A DNA stretch of 64,000 nucleotides, taken from NCBI RefSeq assembly GCF_041956535.1, contig NW_027192212.1, positions 202,970 through 266,969 on the forward strand, given 5' to 3'. The position numbers and the translations under genes are program-made. Position 1 is the first letter of the stretch. The number at the start of each line of letters is the position of its first letter. This DNA is from Calcarisporiella thermophila CBS 279.70 (lineage: Eukaryota > Fungi > Calcarisporiellomycota). Below are positions 1-12,999 of the stretch, piece after piece. The notes beneath the pieces are model-generated. The model worked only from the letters and a program-made list of their open reading frames with translations, ran no database searches and was not told the DNA's origin.

Positions 1-991
1 CGAGTCACACTGGACCTATCACATGGCACATCAGATCAAAAGGACATACAATGATCGCGCAACACGTTCGCAAGACGTCTTAAAGTTATCATGGACGCCT
101 TCCCCTCTCCCCCCTTCCCCCAACCGGGCGGGCCCCCCCGTCCCCAAAAGCCCTCATCTTCGCGCTTCCCCCCGCCTCCTCTATCAGCCCCGACTCCGTG
201 ATTCAACCCAAGCCCGTGGTTATCTCTCCTCTCGCGCGTCACATTCGACCTGAACCGCCTCAAAAGCCAACTTTCATTCCCACCCAGCTCATATCTTGCA
301 ATTTTCCATGCTTTCGGCTGAGGCCCGTTCCCTTCCTTAGTCTCACTCAGCTCCCGCTCCGATCCGTAACCCAAACAAACAGCCAACAAACAAACAAACC
401 AACAAACGCCAACCCGGAAAAACTCCCCATCCTCCAAAATCAGCATTTGCATCTTAACCCCGCCTTACGTCACCCTGCTCTAGGCCCAACTTGGGCCTCA
501 GGATCTTTCCCCCATCCTCATGACATATTTTTCCATCTCTCACACGACAAGCCGCATCACGCGGCCCAATTGGGTCAAGGTTGGTCATCCGTTCCATCCA
601 GAAAAGATCCGCATGCGCCACCCGAGAGATCTCGAGGGGGGAATATCGGTGATTATTCATTCGCATTTTTTATAATCAATAATACACAGAGTGAAAAAGA
701 GAGTGAGAACGAGACGAAAAAGTACTCAAATAATCGTTACAAAAAAAAATCCCATATAACACAGCAAAAATGTGCATAGTAGTATAGAACACCCTCAATA
801 AAGAGCAACCCTTCCCCATCCCCTATGTCCCACCCCACTCCCCACACGCACACACACACACAAAATAAAACTCACAAGACACACAAAACTAGAAGTATAG
901 AAATTAAGTGGAGAAAGGAAAAAAAAAAAGGCAGAGAGCGAAAGTTACAACACTTCACAGCAGAAAATACAAAGGTGGGAGAGTGTCAAAC

Positions 992-999
<8 letters not shown>

Positions 1000-1031
<32 letters not shown>

Positions 1032-1040
1032 GAGAGAGAG
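1000..1040. repeat. (GA)n microsatellite flanking assembly gap
   Basis: Run of agagag... directly before the N-gap; the same tract resumes at 1564-1587 after it. Confidence 0.95.
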
Positions 1041-1074
1041 AACAAAGAAACAAAAAGAAGAACAAAGGTAAGGT

Positions 1075-1563
1075 NNNNNNNNNNNNNNNNNNNNNNNNNN
1101 NNNNNNNNNNNNNNNNNNNNNNNNNNNNNNNNNNNNNNNNNNNNNNNNNNNNNNNNNNNNNNNNNNNNNNNNNNNNNNNNNNNNNNNNNNNNNNNNNNNN
1201 NNNNNNNNNNNNNNNNNNNNNNNNNNNNNNNNNNNNNNNNNNNNNNNNNNNNNNNNNNNNNNNNNNNNNNNNNNNNNNNNNNNNNNNNNNNNNNNNNNNN
1301 NNNNNNNNNNNNNNNNNNNNNNNNNNNNNNNNNNNNNNNNNNNNNNNNNNNNNNNNNNNNNNNNNNNNNNNNNNNNNNNNNNNNNNNNNNNNNNNNNNNN
1401 NNNNNNNNNNNNNNNNNNNNNNNNNNNNNNNNNNNNNNNNNNNNNNNNNNNNNNNNNNNNNNNNNNNNNNNNNNNNNNNNNNNNNNNNNNNNNNNNNNNN
1501 NNNNNNNNNNNNNNNNNNNNNNNNNNNNNNNNNNNNNNNNNNNNNNNNNNNNNNNNNNNNNNN
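1075..1563. other. Scaffold gap (N run)
   Basis: Continuous Ns; ORFs spanning it are artefacts. Confidence 0.99.
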
Positions 1564-1852
1564 AGAGAGAGAGAGTGAGAGAGAGAGACAAAGAACAAAA
1601 AGAAGACAAAGTGGTAACATTGCATAGACATAGTATAGGAGCACAAGTCAACTCAAAAAGAATTATATATATATATAAAGGGGGAGGGGGGGAAACAAAT
1701 AGAATCCATATTTTTTCGGTATCCTTTTTTTTTCCTTTTTTTTCCTCTTTTCTGAATACACGTATATAGGTAGTAAAAAAAATGCTAGCATGAATAGGAG
1801 TATTATATAGGATGAGCGAGGAATGCACCATTCGTACACAATAAATAGGGTT

Positions 1853-4196
1853 TTAGAGGTAAGGATAGCCCTCCACCATCCCGTACTGCGCCATTTGCAT
1901 CGCCATCATCGTCGCAAGCGCGGGGTTGTAGCCGGCGGCGCCGTTGCCCACCAGCCCTCCCCCCACGCCACCCAGACCTGCGCCCAAGCCGCCCATGCCC
2001 GCCAGCCCGACGCCCGAGCCGGCGGCTGCTAGCGCGTGCAGGCGGTCGATCCGGATCCGATCGGGGCTATCCTGCTGGATCTTGCCCTGGATGCGCTTTC
2101 CGTAGGGCGTGTTTTTGATGGCGGGCAGCAGCGGCCGAATCAGCTCGCCAAGGCGCGCGCGCTGGCTCGGGCTCGCGCAGTCGAGCGCCGTCTGCACCAC
2201 ATAGTTGCCGTAGGAGTCCTTCAGCAGCCCCTCCAGCCTCGGCTTGCTCCCCCCGAGCTCGTCGATCAGCACCTTGCGGGTGCCGGCGGGGGCCAGGCGG
2301 ATGCACTTCTCCATGACGTTCGAGCTGAACTTCTGCATCGAGAGGCGGCACATGCTGCCGAAGAACTGGCGGATCAGGCGGTCGGTGAAGCGCGCGTCCC
2401 CCAGGTCGAGCACGTACTGCACCACGTAGTTGCCGTAGGGGTCGACCACCAGCTCGGGGGCATGGCGGATGACCTGCTGCGCCAGCTGGACCCGCTGGGC
2501 GTCGGTGGCCCGGTCGATGCAGCGCTGGAACACGCAGCACCCGTGGCGGTGGGTCGCCACCTCCACGCACTCCTGCGCCACCGCGTCGTAGATGAACTGG
2601 TTGTCCAGGGCGGACATGCGCAGGCACTTCTGGATGACGTGGTTGCCGTTGAGGTCCTTGATCAGCGGCACCACGTGGTTCCGCAGCCCGGCGATGAGGT
2701 ATTGGACCTGGAGCGGATGGGAGACGTGCTCGATCAGCCGCTGGACCGCGCGGGTGCCGTGCATGTTCAGGGAGATGGGCACCAGATCCGAGCTCACCGT
2801 CTGGATCAGAGCCGTGCGCTGCTCCTCAGTGCAGTACTCGATCAGCTTCTGGCACAGATAGTTTCCGAAGGGGTCTAGCAGAGGGAGGGAGTAGGGGGAG
2901 TGAGAATGGATGCGTGGAAAAAAAAATAAGCACAAGAGAAGCGATGGAGGCTTTACCCGTCATCAGCTCGACAAAGTGCTCCTTGACCTCCCCGAAGATC
3001 ATCTCCACGTGGTCGGCCACGCGCTCCTCGAGCTTCCGCTGGAGGAACCGGCAGCCGTGCTGGTCGCGGCACAGCGAGTAGATCTCGCTTTGGATGTCTT
3101 GCAGCTGGACGCCGACAAACCGCGCAGCCATCTCCGCGTCGCTTGGCTGCTTGCCGTGCTCTTTGTTGTGGTTGTTGCGCCGCCTCTCCTTCCTCTCCTT
3201 CTTGCTTAGCTCCTTTTCCTCGCGCTGCGAGAGGCTCGATGCCCTCGAAAGCGAGGGGGCCAGAGGCGACGCCGGCACCGCGGTGGGGGCCGAGGCGACG
3301 TTGGCAGTGAGGAGGGCGTTCATGGCCTGGAGCTTTCCGGCCATGGCGTAGTGTTGGTACAGGGCAACGGGGTTCATGGCTGCTAGGCGGGCCACCAATG
3401 TCTCATTGAGCAGCTGTTCCCTCTGCTGAAGTGGTGGATGCTGCGGTTGCGTTGGTTGATTTTGCGATGGATGGGGTTGAGGATGTTGCGGTTGTTGATG
3501 TGTCAATGCAAACGATGCCAAGTCCGAGGGTGAGAATCCACCTAAACCCGCCAGCGGGTCCACTGGCGGCCACTCCGGGGTCCGGGGTGTCGAGGCGGTG
3601 GCTGCGGTGGCGGCCACCAGGTCTGGGCAGCTGTCTCTTCTGCACCCGCCGTCAGGGCCCGCCGAATTCAGGTACATCGAGAACTGATGGTCATGGTGGT
3701 CGTCCTCTTCGAGGAAGGCGAGCTGCTTCTCGATTTCCCCCTCCTCAAGGTGGAGCCGGTCGAACTCCTGGTCCAGGTGGTTGGAGTTGCGGCGCGAGGA
3801 GGGGAGCGATCTAGAGGGGAACCGAGCGGAGCTGAAGGGGCCATCCATCTGCAGGGTCTCGGGGGTCATGTTTGGAGGCAGCTGCAGAGGATGGGAAGCA
3901 TGGCAGCGCGTTAATCGTTCAGCCATTGTGAGAATTCGCGTCTCATCTTTTGCACTTACCATCAGGGAGACGTGCCTCGAGTCCTTCCTGCGTTCCCCCA
4001 GCCCGGCGCCTCCTCCGCCCAGGCTCTCTGGGCTAGAGGGCGCAGTGCTCAGGGGGGATGCGAAGTGCCCCTGGTGCTTCTGCTGCTGGTCAAAATAAGA
4101 GGAATAAAATGGGGAATACATTGCGTGCGGTTGCGGTTGCTGTTGCTGCTGCGACTGCGGCTGCTGGTGGGCGAGAGCCAATGCTTCAGGAATCAT
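1853..4196 (-). CDS. Pumilio/PUF-family RNA-binding protein (Puf4/Mpt5-like), 3 coding exons: 4196-3960, 3881-2957, 2874-1853
   Basis: Eight PUM repeats (DQHGCRFLQRK, DPFGNYLCQKL, NMHGTRAVQRL, DLNGNHVIQKC, HRHGCCVFQRC, DPYGNYVVQYV, QKFSSNVMEKC, DSYGNYVVQTA) and a C-terminal TPYGKRIQGKI cap. The GT-AG intron 2956-2875 joins ELMT|DPFGNY. Low-complexity Q/P/S N-terminus. Confidence 0.93.
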
Positions 4197-5289
4197 TATT
4201 CTGATGGGGAGGGGCGATGGGGGGGGGGGGGCAGCAAGAATGCAATTAGAATCCTGGCCACAAAGCTAACCTTATAATGGCGTCTCAAGTACCTGTACAA
4301 GGGGGGAGGAGAGGGGGGGGGGAATCAGCCCGGTGTTCCGTAGACGCGGAGGGATATAAATAGGAGTATCGGAGAAGGCTTGAAGGTATCCAATGGGAAG
4401 GCTGGGCGGCGGGGATGATGAGATTACAGAAGCCTGTGGAGGCGGCGATGGCAGTGGCAAGACCAGGGCGGAGAGCAGCAGAGAGAAGAAACGGGGGGAA
4501 AAGGCTGGGCAGAGAAGAGGGGGAAAGGGGGGAGAAGAGCAAATAGAGAGAGCCAGAACCTAGGGAAATCGCGGACTCAGGAAGAAGAAGCAAATTAAGA
4601 CCACACAAGACGAGGCCAACCAAACAGCACAGGGCAGGGGGGGGAGCAAGCATTAGGCCCCGCCCTTCATAAAACTCAAATCCAGCAGCTCAGAGCCTGG
4701 CGGAAACCTAATCTCGCTCGCGTCTCGATTGATTTCCCCTCACCCCTAAGGCAAGTATGGGCGCACTGCTGATCTTCGAAGCTGTACTCCCTTGCCTCAA
4801 AACTGCAGCCTGAGAATCTCGTGAATTGCGCTTTTAAATCAACCGCATAGTTACACCCCGGCCATTCTCGCCCGCATTCTGAGAAGAAATCGCAGAAGCA
4901 CCTCCATGCATCTCGTGCCGCAACCCAGCCAAGCTGCACTCTTTGCTTTCCTTCGAAATCCGCCCTCGCGGGCGCAATTAGAAGCCCAGGCAGCTGGCTC
5001 TGCTGGGCAGCCCCCCCCTCTCCTCGCCTTTTCCCTTGGGCCGGCCGAATGAACCACCGATTCCAATCTCAGTGTGGGCTGCAAAGTAAATTGCATTCGT
5101 AAAATTAACGTGTTCCCCTCTTCTCCACCCCTTATCTCCGCTCTGCCAAATGGGATTCTAGATTGCTCATTTTTGCTTTTTTTTTTCCTGGTCATCCGCA
5201 AAGCAGAAGGAATTGAAAGAGAAATAGGTTATTCTCTTGTAAATAATATCTACAGGATACAGGCAAAGAGAGAGTGAGAAGAAGAGAGA

Positions 5290-5290
5290 G

Positions 5291-5337
<47 letters not shown>
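5290..5337. repeat. (GAAA)n microsatellite
   Basis: About 11-12 tandem GAAA units, downstream of the minus-strand gene ending at 5643. Confidence 0.95.
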
Positions 5338-5339
<2 letters not shown>

Positions 5340-5642
5340 AAGAAATAGGAATCGAGTGGCGAGGGGCAGAGCAAAGGAGTGAAGCAGGGTGGGTGGAAGG
5401 AGTGAGCATTAAGAAAAGGGGGGAGGGGGGGAAGGCGAGGGAGACAGAAAGAAAGAAAAATAAAATAAACAAACAATAATAAAAACAAAAATTGAAAAAA
5501 AAACACCCCAAGATAATAGAACAGTAGTTTAGCCAACGACGGGCATTAGAAAAAATAATATACACAAAAGTCAACTACTCCTTGGAATTGAGCTGCGGAT
5601 AAAAATAGAACCACCCTCCTCTCCCCCCCCTCCTCTCTCATA

Positions 5643-8600
5643 TTACACCAGCTGCATTTCTTGCCGCGGCAGACGGTGCTTTCCGACAAACTCTCGCAAG
5701 ACGGCCTTCACCAGGGCAACCGCATCCACCGGCGGCGAGGGGAGCGTCACGGGCCAGGTGAGATTCGTCCTCGCAAGCACATCCTCGGGCGGCGTCCCCG
5801 CCCCCAGGAGCGGAGTCGTCTTCCTACCCACCTCGGCGCGCGTCTGCGGGAAATCCCGGGCAAACACGTCCTCGCCGCACAGCACCTCGCCCTCGTTCCA
5901 CGCCTTCAGCGCATGGTCGAAGTAGTGCAGCGGGTGCGGGAGCTCGCGGATGATCTTGATCACGTCCCGCACGGCCTCGCGCGGCAGGGAGAGCGAGGTC
6001 GTCGTCTCCTCCGACAGCCCGCGAAAATGGTGGCGCACCCGGTACTCCCGTCGCTTCTGGCCTTCGATGAAGCGCCGGTACACGTGGAAGAGCACCACGG
6101 CCTCGAAACGGCAGATGATGCCCGTCATCCCCGGCTCGGAGCTGAGCTCCTGCCACCGCTCGCGCGTGGAGGCAAGCATGACCCGCAGCTTATCCCAGTG
6201 GTCGAACGTGGCCTGGGGCTCGGCCCGGTCCTGATAGAGGCAGGAGAGCGTCTGGGCAATCAGCGCCTCGGTCTGCTGCACCACGCGAAGCAGCTTGTTC
6301 GACTCACCCGACGCTCGATGCGAGTAGTTCTCGCCAATCGTGTTGTAATAGAGCTTCAGCCGCCGGCAGCTCGCCAGCTGGGCCGGATCGCTGGCGGGAG
6401 GCTTGGCGACGAGCACGCTCCCACCACCGCCCCCTCCTCCTCCCCGAGCACTGCCGTCGACGATGTCCGCCCCCGACGCGGAGACCGAGGGCGGCGTGAA
6501 CGTCTCCTCCTTCAGGGCCGAGCCGTTGGAGCGCAGACGGCGGTATTCCTCGGGGGTCAGCCGCTTCTTGGGGGTGGATGGGTCGCGGGGCGAGAACTCG
6601 GCGTGGGCATCTCCCGAGGTGGCGCTATCGGAGGGATCCTTCCTCAAATAAGGGGGCGTCTCCTCATCCTCCTTTTCCCTCGCTCTACTGCTCTCGCCGC
6701 CTCGTCCCGCGCCATGGTCGTCTCGCCGGCGATCGCCGTCGCGTCTTCCCCTCTCCCGCCCGGGTGATTCCAGCGGCGCATATCGCTCCTCCTTCTTGCG
6801 ATCCCGCTCTCGCCCATCCTCCCGGTCGGGTCGCTCGCGATGCTCGAGAGACCGCGGTGGCGAGCGCGAGTGGGATCGGCGCTTCTCCACCGATTCGGAG
6901 CGCAGGCCTTTGCCGGTAGAATAGGCACGCCTGCGTTGCTCTCGCTCCTTGTCCCTCTCCCTATCCCGCTCCTTCAGTTTGTCGCGGTCTCTCTCCCGAT
7001 CCCGATCGCGCTCGCGCTCCCTCTCCCTCTTGAGGAGGGGCGAGCGGGATCTACTGCGCGGGTGTTCTCGATCGGGGGACCGTGACCGGCTTCGGAACTC
7101 CTTTCGGTCTCGTTCTCGACCGCTGCGGTATGGCATGGGGCTCCGTCGGCTGGAGCCCACGCGGCGCTCTTCATCATGGGAGCGGTCCGATTTGACCTCA
7201 CGTCCGCCTCCGTCTTCAAGGATGCTTCCCTCTTCATCGCCCTCTTGGAAGGCAGACAGGGGTTTGCCGGGCCTAGCATCACGTAACCGTTCCCGGGCGG
7301 CCGTGGACATCTCTGCCCTGCGCTCCAGATCGAGCTTAGCCTCCTTTTTCCCGTTGCCACCGCGCAGGGGAGCCGTTAGCCCGCCCTCGGTCGTTTTCCT
7401 ACCACCGCTGTTCTTCTCGGGGGTCTCGCCCTCGCGTTTCACCTGCACGGCATCCCCTTCCATCGCGGCCATGCTCAAACCCCTCTCTCTCCCCTGTCTC
7501 TTCACCCCCGAGGCCTTTGAGCTCTTCGCGAGACGCATCGCCAGCGGGATGTCCTCCACTTCGTCCACGGTCTGCGCCGCTTTTCGCATTTTCTTAGTCG
7601 GGCTCGTCGTCACTCTAGCGGGCCCCAGTCGCGGTGACGCGACCGAGCCCTCCGTCTTAGCACCGGCTCCGATGCTGGTGTTGCTTCCAGTTCGAGCCCG
7701 TTTGGTTGGCTTCGCGTCTTCTTCCATCATAGCGCCGTCCTCATTGTCGGTGGAGGCTCGCTTCTTCCGGAAGGCCGTCTCGGGGGGAGACCGGTCAACC
7801 CTGAGCTTAGAGGGGGAAGGAACTCTGGCAGATCTGTTTGTCGGAGGTTGGGAGGCTAGGAGGCTGGACGCAAACTTCTCGCTGCGTCGGATCTTCTCCC
7901 AGATGCTGTCCGGCACCTTGACCTTCACTTTTAGGCAAGGCTGCCTGTCTTGCTTGGATCTGCCCACACAACACAACACAAGCCATGGTTAGTTTAACGA
8001 GATCGTGGAAGCTGAGAGCAACGTTGGCAAAAAGGGGAGAAAGCTAGCCTACATTTTCAATGGCGACGCGTTTTTCGGCTTGGTGCCAACACCGTTCGCT
8101 TCCCTCGCGGCATCCCGCTGTTTTGATTTGGCCGCTGCCTCGTGCGGCGTCTGTTTCGCAAGACTGGGGTGGCCGATGGGAATAATAGGCAGACCAGGGC
8201 TCACCACAGTGGGTAAAGTTTTAATGGTGGTTATAATCTAGAAGGAGGGGAGGGGGTGCGAAAGAATGGGGGCAATGACAATGAGGCCAGTGCGCCTTTA
8301 CACCATACTGTAAACAGAATCCACACACCTGCATGAGGTCATTAGCCATCTCCTGTTCCTTGCGATTATCGGCCTCCTACACCAATGCACGAATAAAAAG
8401 AAATACCCATGATCTACATTAGCTGATGCAAGCATCGGGCGGCATCCAAATGGGGCGATGTTACCTTTCGGGGCGGTTGTGAGGGCTTTTTCGGAGCGGA
8501 TTGGGTGGGGTTTCTTGCCGTTGTGGACCATGATTTGTCCTTCACCCTATAGCATCACCATGCCCGAGATCAATCACCATTATTAAACCATCAAAAACAA

Positions 8601-8849
8601 TGGGTGCACTCACTTCTCCCACGGTGCTGGAAGCATGCGCATGATGGACTCCTGCTCTTCCTGGTATACACCTCCACCAAAATTCGACGGTTGCTTCTTG
8701 GGCGCTTGGACGATGGGAGGGGGCAGATGGGTCGCAGACCGCCAGTCACCCCAGGGCTCCCAGTAATTGTGTTCGAGCAGGTCCGGGCCGAGCTCGTGGA
8801 CAAGCGTGCGGATGCGCTCAAGGGGGGGACGCTTGGAAACTTCTCCCAT
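5643..8849 (-). CDS. Large, mostly disordered R/E/S-rich protein with C-terminal helical domain resembling the AF4/FMR2 (AFF) C-terminal homology domain / fungal Ebp1; about 5 exons
   Basis: Long GC3-rich terminal exon (~7956-5643) plus small upstream exons linked by GT-AG introns to an ATG at 8849. RS/RD-rich middle region. The C-terminal ~240 aa follow an AFF-like pattern (see findings). Coding status is strong; the family call is inferred. Confidence 0.65.
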
Positions 8850-9610
8850 TTTGATTAAGCAAGGGAACCGGGCTGGTAGAGTATGAAAGGATGCTGGAGG
8901 AAAGGCGGATTCACCGTGTTCGCTGGTTTTCCCTTCCCTCTACTCGGCGTTCGTTGGTTTTTCTCCAGCCAATGTCGCTATTTTTTTCTTCACCCAAAAG
9001 AAAAACACCTTTAATTACGAAATCAATTCCCAATCGTCAGCTGGGGGCGATCGAGAGCAGAAACAGGCGTGTGGATGGCGAAGGAGGAGGGCGTGAAGAA
9101 AGAGACCGCTTGTAGGTCGAAGGGTGAAGAGGGGAGAAAAATGAGAAGAGATGACAATTGGATGGAGAAGGAGAAATAGACGAAATACTTAGGCGGGCTC
9201 CAGAGTGGGGAGGGGGGGTGAAGGGACTGATTTCTTTAAGAGCGGATCTGCGATTCCGTCAGGTTGCATTCTCCTCATCCTTGAACCTAAACTCGGGCCT
9301 TAACCTCAGCGGCCTCTTCGCGCGCCTCTGTCGGCCCTCCTCCCCCGCCGGCCTCTCTGGCCCCTAAGCCGCCGGCCCGCGCCATCACTTCTAAACGCCA
9401 TCCGCCCTGGCGTATCGCGGCGACTTGGCTCATTTTCACATCTGCAAGCGCCTCAGCGTGTCCTCTCTTCTCCTCACTCGGCCGGTACCTTATCGGGGAT
9501 AAAAACCCAGCCACCCTTCCTCCACTGACCAGGAAATCCATAAATCGATTTCCTGCTTCGAAGAATAGCACAGCAGCACGCGTTCTTTTTTCAACAAGCA
9601 TTCTCGCACC

Positions 9611-10829
9611 ATGAAAATCACCGTCACCTCTCGCAATAAATCAAAAAACTTCCCGCTTCAGCTCGAATTCCCAGCCGATGCAACCGTCGATGACCTTGTC
9701 AAGGCCATTCACTCGAAATTTCCACGCTACACGCCTCACAGGCAGCGTTTAACCAAGGACGGCGCTCCGCTTGAGCAGGGAAAGACGCTTGCGGCTTGTG
9801 GGATCAAGGACGGGGATTCCGTTGCATTGAAAGATCTAGGTATGCCTATTCGGGCCTCCGATTGGCGCTGATTAAGCGTGTATCCTCACATTTCTCTCCT
9901 TTCGCCCAATTGTTTACAGGCCCGCAGATCGGGTGGAAGACGGTGTTTCTCGTTGAGTACTTTGGCCCTATTCTGGTACATCCCATCTTCTACTACTATG
10001 GAGAGCAAATCTACGGAAAGAAATTTGAGCACAGCCAGATGCAAACGTAGGTGTACACTACTCCACATTACTGAATTCCCTTCATTGACTCTTTTTATCT
10101 ATATAGAGTCGCATTTTACCTGGTCCTCCTCCACTTCATCAAACGTGAGCTTGAAACCCTCTTTGTTCACCGCTTCTCCCACGCAACTATGCCCTTCATC
10201 AATATTTTCAAGAATTCCGCACACTATCACATCCTTTCGGGCGTGAATCTTGCCTACTGGGTCTATGGTCCTTGGGCCGCAATGGGCACTGGCCTTGGTA
10301 GCCGCTCTGAGGCATATATCTTGGCCTGCGTGGGCATTTGGGCTGTAAGTGCACTTTTTGTACTCCCCCCTTCTGTATGAATTAACTCAATGGTCTACAC
10401 TCTCTTTTTCATTCTCTTTCTCTCTCTCTCTCTCTCCGGTCTCTTTCTCTGCGATTAGTGGGGTGAGATTTCCAACTTTGTCACGCATATGACTTTGCGG
10501 AATCTGCGCCCTCCCGGCACTCGTGTGCGAAAGGTGCCCTATGGCTATGGCTTTGATCTGGTTTCTTGCCCTAACTATTTCTTCGAGACCGTCGCATGGG
10601 TTGCCTATTCTTTCCTTACCCAATCATGGGCCGGTAAGTCTTGGTGAAACGACCCATTTCGTGGAAAACCGACACAATTCCTCAAACTTCCTTCTTTGTA
10701 GCTTGGCTTTTCACCATTGTGGCCGTGGGCCAGATGTACATCTGGGCCGAGAAGAAGCACCGTAACTACCGCAAGGAGTTCAAAGACTATCCCCTGCGTC
10801 GCCGAGCCATGTTCCCCTACTTGGCCTGA
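9611..10829 (+). CDS. TSC13: Very-long-chain trans-2-enoyl-CoA reductase; exons 9611-9839, 9920-10046, 10107-10344, 10459-10633, 10702-10829
   Basis: Ubiquitin-like N-terminus; KDLGPQIGWKTVFLVEYFGP, HFIKRELETLFVHRFSHATMP, VSCPNYFFE and QMYIWAEKKHRNYRKEF motifs; all introns GT-AG. Confidence 0.95.
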
Positions 10830-11226
10830 GCATCGATTCATAGCGGAACCCCTCTTTCCTCCGTTTTTTTTCTACCTTCACCCTTCAGAAAATAACCCTT
10901 GTCTATTATCATTTGCTTCCAATGGAGTACATAGTACTATCCGTGTTAATGAGGCTAATAAAATCAAAACATTTTATTCAATACCCAACTCTATTGTACA
11001 TGTCTATGTCATTGGGGGTATTAGTGAGAGGTGACGTCTATGGCAGATTTCAACGTGAATCTATTTCAAGGCAAATTAATAATTAAATAGACAGGTACAA
11101 AGTAGGTGGCAAGAATGCAGTGGAAGCTTATTTGGGTTTGCCACCTGCCCCCTCACACCAGCGTGGTTCACATTTCTATTTACAAAATGCGATTGAATTC
11201 CCCTTGGCCTTGCCCTGTTTCTTAGC

Positions 11227-12999
11227 TTAAGCATCTTCGCCTTTGTGTTCACCCAATGTAGCTTTGCCCTCCGCCGACTCCTTGATTTCCGAATCCCATT
11301 CCATCATATCCCGGTCCAACACCTCCAAATCTTTTCGTGTGAACAAATGCGGTAGCATCCATCTCCTCGCAGGCACCAACAGTAGGATAAATACGGGAAA
11401 GCTTATGGCAGCAGGAGACACCGTTACATAAAATATCAACGCAATTAAAGCAATTTGGAGGGTAGTGAAGAGTAGAATGACCCGGGCTGAGACCCTTGCG
11501 AGGTACGAAGTTGGCCGCTTGCATTCGCGATCCGTGAAGATCCATTGGACGCGAAGTGCTATTGTGTTTTCCTCGAGCGATTGGAAGGCATACACCAAGA
11601 AAAGCCCGGCCAGGATGGCCCTTGGAATCAGCCGCAAGACAAAGAGAAGTGGGGGGGAGAGAGTCAAACCGATCAAAACGGACTGCAGAAGTGGCGAAAT
11701 TCGATTTTCGACCACTGATTCCACGCGCTCCTCGCCAGTTAGGGGATCTCGCTCCATCCTAGATAATGCCTGGACATGCAGCGGCGCCTGAGGAATAAGA
11801 CCATTAGGAGCGGGGAGGCCGATAAGGCCGGCGATTAGGGTACAGATTCCCAGGATCAAGAAGTCGTAGTGAAAAGCCGGCCCTGTATAAATATTGGAAC
11901 CGGCAGATATAATAATCCAGTCTGGTCAAAATAAGCAGGAGAAATCGTACCTTTCTTCAACTTAAACTCGGGCCGCTGTGACAAAAGCGAGGAAACGTTG
12001 TGATCGAAAAAGAACAACACAGTAATGACTAGCGCCGGCAACATGGAGGCAAACACGGCCCATGTCTCCAACTCCCAAAAGGGAACCAGCCAGGGCCGCC
12101 CAGTAGTCGTGTTGAAGCTAGAGGGAGTTTCCAACCTGGAAATCTGCACGCCTGAGAGTCTGGGCAGGTAGGGAACCGCAGTAAACACGATGATTGCAGC
12201 AGCCGCCCCATAATCCGCAATGGTGCCCCGTATATTCTTGCGGAAGAGTGTCCAGCTGCGACCTCCTGCAAGCCAAATCGAAACGAGAAACGTGCCAACG
12301 CATAGCATCAGTCCTAAAAGGGCGCCTTCCATTGTCCCAGCTTCGAAATACTTGACAACTTCTTGAACGGCACGAGAGACGTATATAGCAGCTATCAGAG
12401 CTCCAAAAATTTCGCAGCTAAACTGCGTCACATACTGGAGAAAACGGCAAGCATTCAATGCGGCTAGCACGATATGGAACAACGCAGCCCAAATGCTAGA
12501 CCAAGCCATAAAAGGCAGAAAGGGGATATTGAGTCGTTCGCATAGATTAAAGATGGTAGCAGAGAAAATGGCCACGGGTCCTATATACTCATAGTGTTAA
12601 TGCCAACCCTGGATTTTGCAATGTATAACATCCTGAATCACCTGTCACCCCCATGATAACTAGTGGTTGGCCTGCAAAGACGGAGAAGAATACACCACCT
12701 AGTGCCGTGCTCGACAAAACTTCAATAACCCCATATTCATTATTTGTATGATCAGAGAGATCGGCGGCGAAAGTAATGGCGGGAAGGATGGAACAAAAGT
12801 ACATATAGACCGATGCGGAGAGTACTTTGGAGTGTATACCATCGCGCCAGTCAGAAACGTAGAGAGGAATTCGCCGGGCAAGATCATCTCGTATACCCTT
12901 AAGGAGTCGAATGGAAGTTAGGTACCTTCGATTAGATGAATTCGCATTTTTTTCCTTTATGGATAAATCCAAAGGAGTGTCAGTACCTCTATAGTCCAT
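11227..12999 (-). CDS. BOR1: SLC4/HCO3- transporter family borate exporter (Bor1-like); exons 12999-12642, 12580-11951, 11882-11227
   Basis: GIRDDLARRIPLYVSDWRDG, GQPLVIMGVTGP, LFFFDHNVSSLLSQRPEFKLKK|GFHYDF, NGLIPQAPLH and VVENRIS motifs; many transmembrane segments. Confidence 0.92.

Noticed and set aside
1719-1728. GTATCCTT-like U12 donor motifs (also ATATCCTT near 22484)
   Set aside because: They lie on the strand opposite the local genes. All introns I reconstructed have U2-type donors.
908-1831. ORFs spanning the N-gap
   Set aside because: Artefacts of translating Ns and GA repeats.
1829-1838. UGUA-containing element in the PUF gene's own 3'UTR (possible autoregulation)
   Set aside because: Imperfect match to Puf4/Puf5 elements and common by chance in AT-rich UTRs.
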